The notes under the pieces were generated by a model. The model was not told the DNA's origin. It made no database searches and saw only the letters and a program-made list of their open reading frames with translations. The translations under genes were made by a program, and so were the position numbers. From sequence record PZ445437.1: a stretch of 64,000 nucleotides of DNA. One strand, written 5' to 3'. This DNA comes from a phage. Below, one piece after another: positions 40,376-49,586 of this stretch (position 1 is the stretch's first letter; every line of letters starts with the position of its first letter).

Positions 40376-40639
40376 TTATTTCATATTATTGAAATATTCT
40401 TCTGCGATTTCGTCGTTATCATGGTAAACTTTAGAAGACAGTTTAACATAACTTTCAGCAGTGAACATGTTAATCACAACCTTTACAGTATACCACTGAC
40501 CATCTTCATTACCCATTACTGCGTAAGTTTCAAACATCGGATGATCAGGACCGATAACTTTAATATCATTCACTGTACGACCAAAATCTTCTGAAACACA
40601 TTTCATAAAGAAGTTGAACAGTTCGCCGTAATTATCCAT
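40376..40639 (-). CDS. Hypothetical protein (87 aa)
   Basis: ATG at 40639 with GGAG RBS; track start 40702 (TTG) lies inside the promoter. Confidence 0.4.
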   Translation of the reverse strand: MDNYGELFNFFMKCVSEDFGRTVNDIKVIGPDHPMFETYAVMGNEDGQWYTVKVVINMFTAESYVKLSSKVYHDNDEIAEEYFNNMK

Positions 40640-40682
40640 TTCATTCTCCAAGTTGTTTTCTGTATCAGTAGTTGATAGTTGT

Positions 40683-40711
40683 ATAGTACCATGGAAGGAC
40701 AAGGATGTAAA
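40683..40711 (-). promoter_or_regulatory. T4 early-class promoter
   Basis: Minus strand TTTACA..17 nt..TACTAT. Confidence 0.45.
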
Positions 40712-40849
40712 CCGTTTTGTGAAAAAATTTTTAAAAAGTTTTGGGGAATTCTAGGGCAGGGAGGGGAAATCAAAGGATAGGATAATATATTATAAAGGGT
40801 AGAAACTAAATGATGTCTAGAGAGGCCTGGAAAGGCCTAGATACCAAAA

Positions 40850-40873
40850 AGCCCCAACCTTTCGGCTAGGGCT
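40850..40873 (-). terminator. Intrinsic terminator (GNRA tetraloop), copy B
   Basis: Minus strand AGCCCUAGCC-GAAA-GGUUGGGGCU + U4, 7 nt after the IP-like gene stop; preceded by a second hairpin GGCCU..AGGCC at 40824-40837. Confidence 0.6.
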
Positions 40874-40880
40874 AAGAATG

Positions 40881-41354
40881 TTATTTGATTTGTTTAGCAG
40901 ACCAAATGCGGTCTTTAATAATTTTTTGGATGTCTTCAACATACTCAAGAGAGTGAGCATGTGGGTTATCTTTGAAACTATAAGCACGAGCTAGCTTTTG
41001 GCCTTCAGTTTTGATTACTAAAAGCTCTTTAAGGATAGCTTCATATTTGGAGATAATTCCTTTAACGATATTTTTCTCTTGCGTGACTTTAGGATCTGCT
41101 TTAGGAGCAGGTTTACCTGAAGCCTTTGCAAAAGCAGCTCCAGTAGCAACTAAACTTTTCCAAGCCATACTAACTGCATTCCCTGTAAATCCTTCGGCTT
41201 TCATATCACGAGCAAATTGGAATCGTGATTCATCGGAAGCATCTTTATAGGAATATTTACCCGCGGCAATGGCTGCTTTTGCGACAGCTTGAATTTCGGT
41301 GCTAGATGCTTCATTTAACACCGCTTCATTTAAAAATTGAGCATATGATTTCAT
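40881..41354 (-). CDS. Internal-protein-like protein with capsid-targeting leader (157 aa)
   Basis: N-term MKSYAQFLNEA follows the IP leader pattern M-K-[ST]-Y-x-[EQ]-F-[IL]-x-E-A; Ala/Lys-rich; own late promoter and flanking terminators. Confidence 0.55.
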   Translation of the reverse strand: MKSYAQFLNEAVLNEASSTEIQAVAKAAIAAGKYSYKDASDESRFQFARDMKAEGFTGNAVSMAWKSLVATGAAFAKASGKPAPKADPKVTQEKNIVKGIISKYEAILKELLVIKTEGQKLARAYSFKDNPHAHSLEYVEDIQKIIKDRIWSAKQIK

Positions 41355-41390
41355 CTTATTTCCTGTTTTAATTTGTGGTTTTAATATACT

Positions 41391-41398
41391 TATTTATA
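41391..41398 (-). promoter_or_regulatory. Late promoter (TATAAATA)
   Basis: Minus strand TATAAATA about 35 nt upstream of AGGAAA RBS and ATG at 41354. Confidence 0.55.
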
Positions 41399-41404
41399 CT
41401 AAAA

Positions 41405-41428
41405 AGCCCCAACCTTTCGGCTGGGGCT
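41405..41428 (-). terminator. Intrinsic terminator (GNRA tetraloop), copy A
   Basis: Minus strand AGCCCCAGCC-GAAA-GGUUGGGGCU + U5; near-identical to copy B. Confidence 0.6.
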
Positions 41429-41430
41429 AA

Positions 41431-41739
41431 GCCTTGCGGCAACCTTGTCGGGGTTCCACCTGCTAAGGCAAGTGTTTGTACGAAACGCCGGGATTCGAAC
41501 CCGGTTATCAAGCAGTTGACGCTACTCAATATTTTTAAAAGGCCATATCTCGACCATATCCGAACGTTCCGTCAAAAACGCTACTCGGCTTACGGCAAAG
41601 ATATTTCCTCGAATCGATAATTCGGTGCGCCGTTTCTGCTGTGATATAAGGGGACATTAACAAAACATAAAGATTTATTAATGCCAGTCCTTAAACAGGG
41701 AACATCAGTCCGACGACTTACCGGTAGCGACCCGGTTTC
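41431..41739 (-). ncRNA. Candidate stable small-RNA region (boundaries unknown)
   Basis: ~310 nt without convincing ORF between the ORF downstream of tRNA-Arg and a strong terminator; contains tRNA-like T-arm CCGGG-TTCGAAT-CCCGG (41488-41504); T4 has RNA C/D near tRNA-Arg. Confidence 0.3.
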
Positions 41740-42090
41740 TTAATATTCTTTTAAAGCATCAATCTGTTCACGGCGTTTACGCCATAAATCAATTGCTTCA
41801 TACACAGATTCAGCATTTCGAATTAGCCGGCATTTATGTAAAGACTTATGATTTTGATATTGTGTAGATAATGGAATTGTATCTAAAAGGTCTTTACGAT
41901 CAAAGTATTCGTAACCATCTAAACCAAATGAACGATTTTTGAGAAATTGCCAATGGCCAAATTCATTTTCAACATAAACATAATCTGCATGCTGATAAAG
42001 TAAATTAATTACACGTTCAGAAATAGCAGTATCATTATGATTAAAATAGAATGTTAAATCATGAACTACTAAATAAACATTACCTTTCAT
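41740..42090 (-). CDS. Hypothetical protein (116 aa)
   Basis: ORF starting 19 nt after tRNA-Arg 3' end. Confidence 0.5.
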   Translation of the reverse strand: MKGNVYLVVHDLTFYFNHNDTAISERVINLLYQHADYVYVENEFGHWQFLKNRSFGLDGYEYFDRKDLLDTIPLSTQYQNHKSLHKCRLIRNAESVYEAIDLWRKRREQIDALKEY

Positions 42091-42108
42091 ATTTTCCTCA
42101 CTTATAAT

Positions 42109-42184
42109 TGGTCGAGGCAGTAGGGATCGAACCTACGACCTAGGACTTAGAAGGTCCTTGCTCTTCCTTCTGAGCTATGCCCCG
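42109..42184 (-). tRNA. tRNA-Arg (anticodon UCU)
   Basis: Hand-folded cloverleaf, 76 nt, CCA encoded, anticodon loop CUUCUAA. Confidence 0.85.
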
Positions 42185-42188
42185 TAAT

Positions 42189-42264
42189 TGGGGTGACCGA
42201 TGGGAGTCGAACCCATGACTACGAGAATCACAATCTCGAGTTCTACCAACTGAACTACGGCCAC
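42189..42264 (-). tRNA. tRNA-His (anticodon GUG)
   Basis: Hand-folded cloverleaf, 76 nt, CCA encoded, anticodon loop UUGUGAU. Confidence 0.8.
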
Positions 42265-42378
42265 ATTAATACCTACTCCAACAATCAAGATGTCTTCACA
42301 CGAAATTAAGAGAAGAGTGATCAGTTCAACCCCTATAATCGCGTCAAGTAGATATTAATGTGACAGTTGTCACAAATT

Positions 42379-42453
42379 TGGCGGACGTGATAGGATTCGA
42401 ACCTATAACCAATCGCTTAACAGGCGATCGCTCTGCCATTGAGCTACACATCC
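42379..42453 (-). tRNA. tRNA-Asn (anticodon GUU)
   Basis: Hand-folded cloverleaf, 75 nt, CCA encoded, anticodon loop CUGUUAA. Confidence 0.8.
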
Positions 42454-42457
42454 AAAT

Positions 42458-42544
42458 TGGTGGGGAGTGATGGAGTCGAACCACCCGAGTCGCAATGACA
42501 ATGGATTTACAGTCCACACCGCTACCTCTACGGGATAACTCCCC
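42458..42544 (-). tRNA. tRNA-Tyr (anticodon GUA), class II
   Basis: 87 nt with long variable arm, anticodon loop CUGUAAA, CCA encoded. Confidence 0.8.
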
Positions 42545-42553
42545 AAATTAATT

Positions 42554-42628
42554 TGGTGGCCCTGGGTGGAATTGAACCACCATCTGGCGATTATGAGTCG
42601 CTTGCTTGAACCTTCCAGCTACAGGGCC
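42554..42628 (-). tRNA. tRNA with CAU anticodon (Ile2/lysidine type or Met)
   Basis: 75 nt cloverleaf, anticodon loop CUCAUAA; T4 tRNA-Ile occupies this position after Thr. Confidence 0.8.
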
Positions 42629-42629
42629 T

Positions 42630-42705
42630 TGGTGCTGATTGACGGAATCGAACCGCCGACCTTCTCATTACAAGTGAGTTGCTCTACCTACTGAGCTAAA
42701 TCAGC
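42630..42705 (-). tRNA. tRNA-Thr (anticodon UGU)
   Basis: 76 nt cloverleaf, anticodon loop CUUGUAA. Confidence 0.85.
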
Positions 42706-42710
42706 AAAAC

Positions 42711-42800
42711 TGGCGGAGGCGATAGGATTTGAACCTATGAGTCGCCGGAGCGACTGCCGGTTTTCAAGACCGGTGCATTAAACCACTCTGCCACGCCTCC
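42711..42800 (-). tRNA. tRNA-Ser (anticodon UGA), class II
   Basis: 90 nt with long variable arm, anticodon loop CUUGAAA. Confidence 0.85.
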
Positions 42801-42806
42801 AAATAT

Positions 42807-43457
42807 TTATATATTGTTAATTTGATTTAGAATTCTTTTTGCTTGAGTATGACTTACGCCAATATGCTTAGCATATTTAGATAATTCACCACGCTTAGAA
42901 AAATCATATAATTTAGAAATTTCTATTCTTCTTTTTCTTTCATCCACAGAAACTTTTGCTTCGTTTGCTTTTGCTATTTTACGTTTAGCTTCTTGAGAAT
43001 GAGTTTTACCAGCAAAGCCATTCTTCATTAATCCATTTGAAGACCATCCTTTTAATTTTCCGTTAGAATGTGCCTTTTTAACACCCAATGAAATTAATTC
43101 GCGTTGCTGGTCTGTCATAGGATAATTATTTATATGATCCCATCCACCTTCACCGCCAAGTTTTAAATTATACACATCTGGTCTATTTAAAAACTCTTCT
43201 GTAACAATATTTTTCTCGGCTTCAAGCATAGATTCTTTATCATCAAAATACTCTAATATTTCTTTAGAAAAATTTTCTATACCATACTTATCTTGGGCTC
43301 TTTTTAATAATTTACCAGAACCCATATATCCATCATCTAAATTTTCGGTAGAATGCACACCAATATAAATTTTATTATTAATTTTATTTGTTATTTTATA
43401 AAGATAAAAATGCATATCAGTCCCTAATAAAGAACTGAGCGTCTCACGACGAGTCAT
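42807..43457 (-). mobile_element. segB: GIY-YIG homing endonuclease SegB-like, inside tRNA cluster
   Basis: FYLYKITNKINNKIYIGVH...DDGYMGSG GIY-YIG motif; located between tRNA-Gly and tRNA-Ser as segB is in T4; probable true start at internal Met (43415). Confidence 0.8.
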
Positions 43458-43461
43458 AAAT

Positions 43462-43535
<74 letters not shown>

Positions 43536-43540
43536 AAATT

Positions 43541-43627
43541 TGGTGCGAGAAGTGGGACTCGAACCCACAAGGAAATCATTCCGCAGCATTTTAAGTGCTG
43601 TGCCTTTACCAATTTGACCATTCTCGC
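43541..43627 (-). tRNA. tRNA-Leu (anticodon UAA), class II
   Basis: 87 nt, anticodon loop CUUAAAA, long variable arm. Confidence 0.85.
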
Positions 43628-43628
43628 G

Positions 43629-43701
43629 CTGGGAATAAAGGACTCGAACCTTTGCATCCTGGAATCAAAATCCAGTGCCTTACCAACTTGGCTAATTCCC
43701 A
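43629..43701 (-). tRNA. tRNA-Gln (anticodon UUG)
   Basis: 73 nt, U1-A72 pair, anticodon loop UUUUGAU, CCA not encoded; 1 nt from tRNA-Leu. Confidence 0.85.
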
Positions 43702-43787
43702 ATTATTAACAAAGGCTCTCAAGCAAGAACCCTTGATGATAGAGGGTATTAATCAGTGCGGTATGAGTTAATAATAACAAATAATTC

Positions 43788-44303
43788 TTAAAGCAAATTA
43801 AACATTTTAACAGTCGGCAAAACAATTTCTTTTTCTATATAAGAGTATTTAACACTCTCAACTACGCGCAGAAAATCATAATCATAATATTCAGAAGCAC
43901 TGCCTAAAATATTAATAAGTCCTTCAAGCACTTTATTACCATTCACAAAGAATAAGTCAAATACACGTTCTTCATCTTCTTCAGATTTATTACCAAGGTC
44001 AACTTCTATATCAAAGACCTTTTTAATGAATTCTGGATAAAGCTGGTCTGAGAACAGTCCTTCAACCAAGTATTCATAGATAAAAAGCGATTGCTCGCTG
44101 AACAAGCCATTACCACAATAACGTTCAGCTTTAGTACTAGAATGTCTACTTTTAAACTTCTTTAAAAGATATTGAAATTGTAAGATTTCATGCTCTTCTA
44201 CGCCAAACAGTGTTTTAGTTTTATAGTTGTCACCATCATTTTCCCAGGTAGTGACATCAATTACGTAACCCTGTGGAATTGTAGTACCTAAACAAATATT
44301 CAT
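43788..44303 (-). CDS. Hypothetical protein (171 aa)
   Basis: ORF upstream of tRNA cluster. Confidence 0.45.
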   Translation of the reverse strand: MNICLGTTIPQGYVIDVTTWENDGDNYKTKTLFGVEEHEILQFQYLLKKFKSRHSSTKAERYCGNGLFSEQSLFIYEYLVEGLFSDQLYPEFIKKVFDIEVDLGNKSEEDEERVFDLFFVNGNKVLEGLINILGSASEYYDYDFLRVVESVKYSYIEKEIVLPTVKMFNLL

Positions 44304-44593
44304 TTGCTCACCATATTAATGTAAGTATATTCAATACATTCAAGACCCAAAGGATTCTTGAAAATATCATATTCAAGAGGACCTTTTTCCGTTTCAATAA
44401 AGAAATCAAAATTTACTGTATTAAATTTACGGTCTTCCTTCACTAATTTAACCTGAGAAGATGAACGGTCAATGTAAACCTTTTCAACTTCAAAACATGT
44501 TAAAATGCCATAATCATCAATCAAGGCTTTAGCTGCTTCTTGATCATATTTATATCCATTTTCAATGGATGATACTTTAGCATAAAGAATCAT
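44300..44593 (-). CDS. Hypothetical protein (97 aa)
   Basis: ORF, ATGA-coupled. Confidence 0.45.
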   Translation of the reverse strand: MILYAKVSSIENGYKYDQEAAKALIDDYGILTCFEVEKVYIDRSSSQVKLVKEDRKFNTVNFDFFIETEKGPLEYDIFKNPLGLECIEYTYINMVSK

Positions 44594-44595
44594 TA

Positions 44596-45006
44596 TCAGC
44601 CTCTATCAACGATAGCATGAGTATGGGCATTTACGATTTGCCACCAGTCGAAACGATTGGAACCATAATCTGGTTTATTTTCATTTTCTTTAATGATATC
44701 ACGCAACTTATCTTCTGTTTCAGCATACGCAATTAAATCATCATATCCACCGCAAGGATAATAATTATCACCTGCGAATAAAAGAAAATTTACCTTAGAT
44801 GGATTTACGTAATAATGGTCTTTAGGATATTTAGTTCCTCTCCAATCAGTTACTTCAACATAACGGTAAGAAAATCCATTTTTACTTTCAATCCAACTCC
44901 ACGCTTCAAAAGGAGTATTAAAAACTTTATCAGGTATTAAATTACCTTCAAAATGAGAAGGATTTGCATAATCCCCGGCATAAACATAATATTCGTTAAT
45001 ACTCAT
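44596..45006 (-). CDS. Hypothetical protein (136 aa)
   Basis: ORF. Confidence 0.45.
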   Translation of the reverse strand: MSINEYYVYAGDYANPSHFEGNLIPDKVFNTPFEAWSWIESKNGFSYRYVEVTDWRGTKYPKDHYYVNPSKVNFLLFAGDNYYPCGGYDDLIAYAETEDKLRDIIKENENKPDYGSNRFDWWQIVNAHTHAIVDRG

Positions 45007-45192
45007 TTATTCACCTTTAGAAATTTTATCCATAACGATAGCGATTAAACCAATTAAAAATGCTACTACAAGCGAAAACACATTTTCTGCTGTAGTTAAT
45101 AATCCGCATATAAATCCAACAAACATTGAAAAACTAAAAGCGGAAGCAGAAATTGCAATAGCAACATTTCGAATTAATTCACAACGTTTCAT
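45007..45192 (-). CDS. Small membrane protein (61 aa)
   Basis: Two hydrophobic helices. Confidence 0.45.
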   Translation of the reverse strand: MKRCELIRNVAIAISASAFSFSMFVGFICGLLTTAENVFSLVVAFLIGLIAIVMDKISKGE

Positions 45193-45220
45193 TTTATTCT
45201 CCTCAGTAGTAGATAGGGTA

Positions 45221-45249
45221 ATAGTATCACTACCCTATCTAAAAGTAAA
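45221..45249 (-). promoter_or_regulatory. T4 early-class promoter, -10 inside a 9-bp inverted repeat
   Basis: Minus strand GTTTAC..17 nt..TACTAT; GATAGGGTA..TACCCTATC palindrome spans the -10. Confidence 0.45.
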
Positions 45250-45250
45250 C

Positions 45251-45484
45251 TTATTTTTTACGAAAAATTGATTTATATTTATCAGCCCATTTCTCGATGA
45301 CTTTTGCCGGGCCATAGATAACAAAATAATCACCAAACTCTTCACCACCGAGTTGACCGAAATTATCTAATGCATCACGAAGAACTCCATGAGGCATTTC
45401 GCCCATTTTATCTTTCTTACCAATGTAAATAAACTCAACTTTTACATCAGCAGCTTCAGCAATAAATTCTTGATACGTTTTCAT
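45251..45484 (-). CDS. Internal protein IPI-like (77 aa) with capsid-targeting leader
   Basis: ATG at 45484 with GGAG RBS gives MKTYQEFIAEA... leader identical to the T4 IP leader; ipI position upstream of 57B. Confidence 0.6.
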   Translation of the reverse strand: MKTYQEFIAEAADVKVEFIYIGKKDKMGEMPHGVLRDALDNFGQLGGEEFGDYFVIYGPAKVIEKWADKYKSIFRKK

Positions 45485-45520
45485 TTTATTCTCCAATTTC
45501 ACATTTGTTTTGATAGGGTA

Positions 45521-45549
45521 ATAGTATCACAACTAAAACCCTATGTAAA
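45521..45549 (-). promoter_or_regulatory. T4 early-class promoter (duplicate module of 45221-45249)
   Basis: Minus strand GTTTACA..17 nt..TACTAT; shares GATAGGGTAATAGTATCAC and the RBS block with the module 300 bp away. Confidence 0.45.
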
Positions 45550-45562
45550 CAACTTTGTGAAA

Positions 45563-46259
<697 letters not shown>

Positions 46260-46260
<1 letters not shown>

Positions 46261-46985
46261 TATAGTACCTTTAGTGTATTTTTAATTTTAGAAAAAAGTT
46301 CTTCAAGAGAACCATCGTTTGTAATTACTAAATCGCCATCACGAATTGGCAATCCAGCTTCTGTAATATGTGTATCATTGGATTTTTGACCAGGACGAAC
46401 TACATGAATTACTGTAGCACCCATCGCCCTAGCCGCATCCATTTCATGATCTTGACGGGTATCAGGAACGATATAATAATCATAACCTGAGTTAAATTTA
46501 TCAAGATAATCTAAAGCAAATAATTTTACCCAGTACATGCGGTCGAAGTTATTAACAATCAAATCCGTACCTAGGGCTTGCATCAGACGACGGACTGACC
46601 ATTGATCTTCAATATTATTTATAACGTCAATAATCTTGTTAAATGCTACGGAATTAACTGATTCTTGTCCTTCGTCATCAAAAACAAACACACCTTTAAT
46701 CGGGCTTTTACCATTAAGATAGCAAAATGCTTGTTCCATAATCGTGATTACTTCTAATTTAGTCAGATTTAAATTAGTCTCACGATCATAGTCAATTCCT
46801 TCAAACTCTTTACGAGTTAAGCAAGGATAGTCAGTGTTTGCTGCAAATACTCCCCATGCATAAGCCAATGCATCCTTAATAGGACCAGCAAGTTGGTATT
46901 TAACTGCAGAATAATTGCTCATGATAAAATCAGCAGTAGTATCTTTTCCACTGCGCTTTACACCGCTTAAAAAGATTAGTTTCAT
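46260..46985 (-). CDS. 1: Deoxynucleoside monophosphate kinase
   Basis: ATG at 46985 gives 241 aa (T4 gp1); P-loop GVKRSGKDT. Confidence 0.92.
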
Positions 46986-47034
46986 GTGTTTCTCCTCAAA
47001 TTTAATTAAGATTATAACACACAAAACTGAAGCA

Positions 47035-47565
47035 TTAAACTTCCGCTATAATTTTTCCATCTTTTTCTACTTGAAAATAGGTGTAAGGAATCGTTGCAGT
47101 ACATACTAAAGCCGGGTCTGAATCTTCTGTGTAGCTAAATTCTACTTCAGACAGGTCAGAAACCCAAGGCTTATAAAAATTTATTGACATCACGATTTCA
47201 GTTTTGCTATTATCTAAGATGTAAAGCGTAATGTATTCAGGACCTGTTTTTTGAGCAGTATTTTCACCTGTAAGATAGTTACTAGTTCCTAGCATCCATT
47301 CATACATTCCTATCCACGACTTAAGTTCTTCATCAACTATAAATCTCACAATGAGTGGATCGTATTCAAATGTAACACCTGGTCGTTGTGCTCGGCCAAG
47401 TCCAAACGGCCCAGTCACGGTATCAGTAACAGGTATTCTAATTCCTGGAATAGGAACTGACTGAGCATTTAAAGTAAAAGCAGATGTAGTATTACTATGT
47501 GGTATTGATACTACAAAGTTAGTTGTATTTGCTTGGTTAAAAATTTGTTGCAGAGCTTGCGACAT
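47035..47565 (-). CDS. 3: Tail completion / sheath stabiliser protein
   Basis: ATG at 47565 with GAGGA RBS gives 176 aa (T4 gp3 length). Confidence 0.88.
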   Translation of the reverse strand: MSQALQQIFNQANTTNFVVSIPHSNTTSAFTLNAQSVPIPGIRIPVTDTVTGPFGLGRAQRPGVTFEYDPLIVRFIVDEELKSWIGMYEWMLGTSNYLTGENTAQKTGPEYITLYILDNSKTEIVMSINFYKPWVSDLSEVEFSYTEDSDPALVCTATIPYTYFQVEKDGKIIAEV

Positions 47566-47671
47566 ATATTCCTCATAATGCTTTATAACTGTTGGTGGTA
47601 TAATGGGTCTAAGTCCCTTCCATTCAATTCCATTTAGAACAAACAACAGAAAAGAATGGAAGATAATAGAA

Positions 47672-48496
47672 TTAGATATTTGACCAGACTTTGTTTGCAG
47701 AGAAACGTTTTCCTTTTGAAACGAACTGCTGAAGTGGCATCAACACAACGTTCGCCCAGTCTTTCGGGGCGATTTCAACAAGGCTACCCATAATATTACC
47801 GGGTATATATGCCTTAATCATTTGGTCTGCACCCCTAAATCCTTTCACTTGACTCCAATCAATTTTTAATTTCGTTTTATTAGTAATAGTAGGTGTATTT
47901 GAATATTGCTTTAAAAGCTCTTCTAGAAATTGCTGACGAGCTTTAGGTGGAATATAGTGCAAGTTCAATCCGTACATTAAATTATGCTTACCTAAACCAA
48001 GGTAAATTATCAAAGGAAATTTATCCCAGTAAGGAAGAGTTTCCTTGTGTTTAGCATCATAAGCAAAAGCATATATTCGTCCCGGCTGCGGGCGAACAAC
48101 TTTATGTCCTTTTACTTGCTTAATAGTTTCAGCAAACCACTTTCTGGTTTTATTATTAATTGCTGCACCTTCATTACGAATTTTATCACGCAATGTTTGT
48201 CTGAATGAATTTATCATAAGCAGTTGTCTTTCTTGCTTATTGAGTTTATTCATTGGTTTTGATTCAAGTTTTTGAATCTTTTCAGCTGTTTTAATTCCTG
48301 AAGCATATTTTGACATTGCCGAAGTAAACGTAGAGTATTTGATTCCTCTTTCTTCAGCAAATTGCTTTCCTGTCATTCCTTTTGCTTTGGCCTTTTTATA
48401 TTCAAGACCTATTTGAATCCATTTCTTTTCGTTTAATGATTGCTTAACCTTTGGAACTTGGGGAGTGCTTTCATTAATTATTTGAAAAATAGCCAT
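47672..48496 (-). CDS. 2: DNA end-protector protein
   Basis: 274 aa (T4 gp2 length). Confidence 0.9.
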   Translation of the reverse strand: MAIFQIINESTPQVPKVKQSLNEKKWIQIGLEYKKAKAKGMTGKQFAEERGIKYSTFTSAMSKYASGIKTAEKIQKLESKPMNKLNKQERQLLMINSFRQTLRDKIRNEGAAINNKTRKWFAETIKQVKGHKVVRPQPGRIYAFAYDAKHKETLPYWDKFPLIIYLGLGKHNLMYGLNLHYIPPKARQQFLEELLKQYSNTPTITNKTKLKIDWSQVKGFRGADQMIKAYIPGNIMGSLVEIAPKDWANVVLMPLQQFVSKGKRFSANKVWSNI

Positions 48497-48948
48497 TATG
48501 CCCCCTTAAAGCCAAGAGCTCGTAATCCATCTTCTGTTAGAATTCTAAATTTTATTCCACGCTTTTCAGCTAAAGATTGTGCTGCTTTCCATTTATCAGT
48601 GTTCACAGACCAGGTATAAATTTCATTCATAAATCTTTTCTTCGCTGCGGTTGTTAGATGTGCTGGTTTAACTGGTGGTTGTGTTTCTTTTTTAGGTTTT
48701 ATTTCAATAAAAAATTCTTGTCCAGAAGAATCTTTCATCCAAATATCCATGAAGTATCTACGTTTTTTCCCTTCTGCATTACAAAAATAAGGAATTACTG
48801 CTGTTTCACTACCCCATGCAATAATTTCTGGATTTTTATCTAACCATTCAAAAAAGAATTTTTCCCAATTTGATCTATACGTAATTTTTTTAGGGTCACC
48901 TCTATACTTTGATATATTTTTAGGAACCCATTTTCCAGAATATGCCAT
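48496..48948 (-). CDS. 4: Head completion protein
   Basis: 150 aa (T4 gp4 length); stop overlaps gene 2 start. Confidence 0.9.
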   Translation of the reverse strand: MAYSGKWVPKNISKYRGDPKKITYRSNWEKFFFEWLDKNPEIIAWGSETAVIPYFCNAEGKKRRYFMDIWMKDSSGQEFFIEIKPKKETQPPVKPAHLTTAAKKRFMNEIYTWSVNTDKWKAAQSLAEKRGIKFRILTEDGLRALGFKGA

Positions 48949-48959
48949 TGGATTCTCCT

Positions 48960-48967
48960 TATAAATA
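48960..48967 (+). promoter_or_regulatory. Late promoter (TATAAATA) for gene 53
   Basis: Exact TATAAATA about 28 nt upstream of gene 53 ATG with AGGAGG RBS. Confidence 0.6.
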
Positions 48968-48974
48968 GATAATA

Positions 48975-48982
48975 TATTTATA
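48975..48982 (-). promoter_or_regulatory. Late promoter (TATAAATA) for gene 4, divergent
   Basis: Exact TATAAATA on minus strand about 27 nt upstream of gene 4 ATG. Confidence 0.55.
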
Positions 48983-48995
48983 AACAGGAGGGCCC

Positions 48996-49586
48996 ATGCT
49001 CTTTACATTTTTTGATCCGATTGAATATGCGGCCAAAACGGTGAATAAAAACGCGCCGACTATTCCTATGACAGATATTTTTAGAAACTATAAAGACTAT
49101 TTTAAACGCGCTCTTGTGGGATACCGCTTACGTACTTATTATATTAAAGGTTCACCACGCCCGGAAGAATTAGCAAATACTATATATGGAAATCCACAGT
49201 TGTATTGGGTTTTATTGATGTGTAATGATAATTATGATCCATATTATGGATGGATTACTTCACAAGAAGCTGCTTATCAAGCATCTATACAAAAATACAA
49301 AAATGTAGGTGGAGACCAAATAGTATATCATGTGAATGAGAATGGTGAAAAATTTTATAATTTAATATCATACGATGATAATCCATATGTTTGGTATGAT
49401 AAAGGCGATAAAGCTAGAAAATATCCTCAATATGAAGGAGCACTTGCTGCGGTCGATACGTATGAAGCGGCTGTTCTTGAAAATGAAAAACTTCGTCAAA
49501 TAAAAATAATAGCAAAATCAGACATTAATTCATTTATGAACGACCTTATACGTATAATGGAGAAATCTTATGGAAATGATAAGTAA
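48996..49586 (+). CDS. 53: Baseplate wedge protein
   Basis: 196 aa (T4 gp53 length). Confidence 0.92.
   Translation: MLFTFFDPIEYAAKTVNKNAPTIPMTDIFRNYKDYFKRALVGYRLRTYYIKGSPRPEELANTIYGNPQLYWVLLMCNDNYDPYYGWITSQEAAYQASIQKYKNVGGDQIVYHVNENGEKFYNLISYDDNPYVWYDKGDKARKYPQYEGALAAVDTYEAAVLENEKLRQIKIIAKSDINSFMNDLIRIMEKSYGNDK

Noticed and set aside
41375-41620. Plus-strand 81-aa ORF across the terminator and small-RNA region
   Set aside because: Opposite strand to all neighbouring transcription, spans a terminator hairpin and the tRNA-like T-arm; no RBS.
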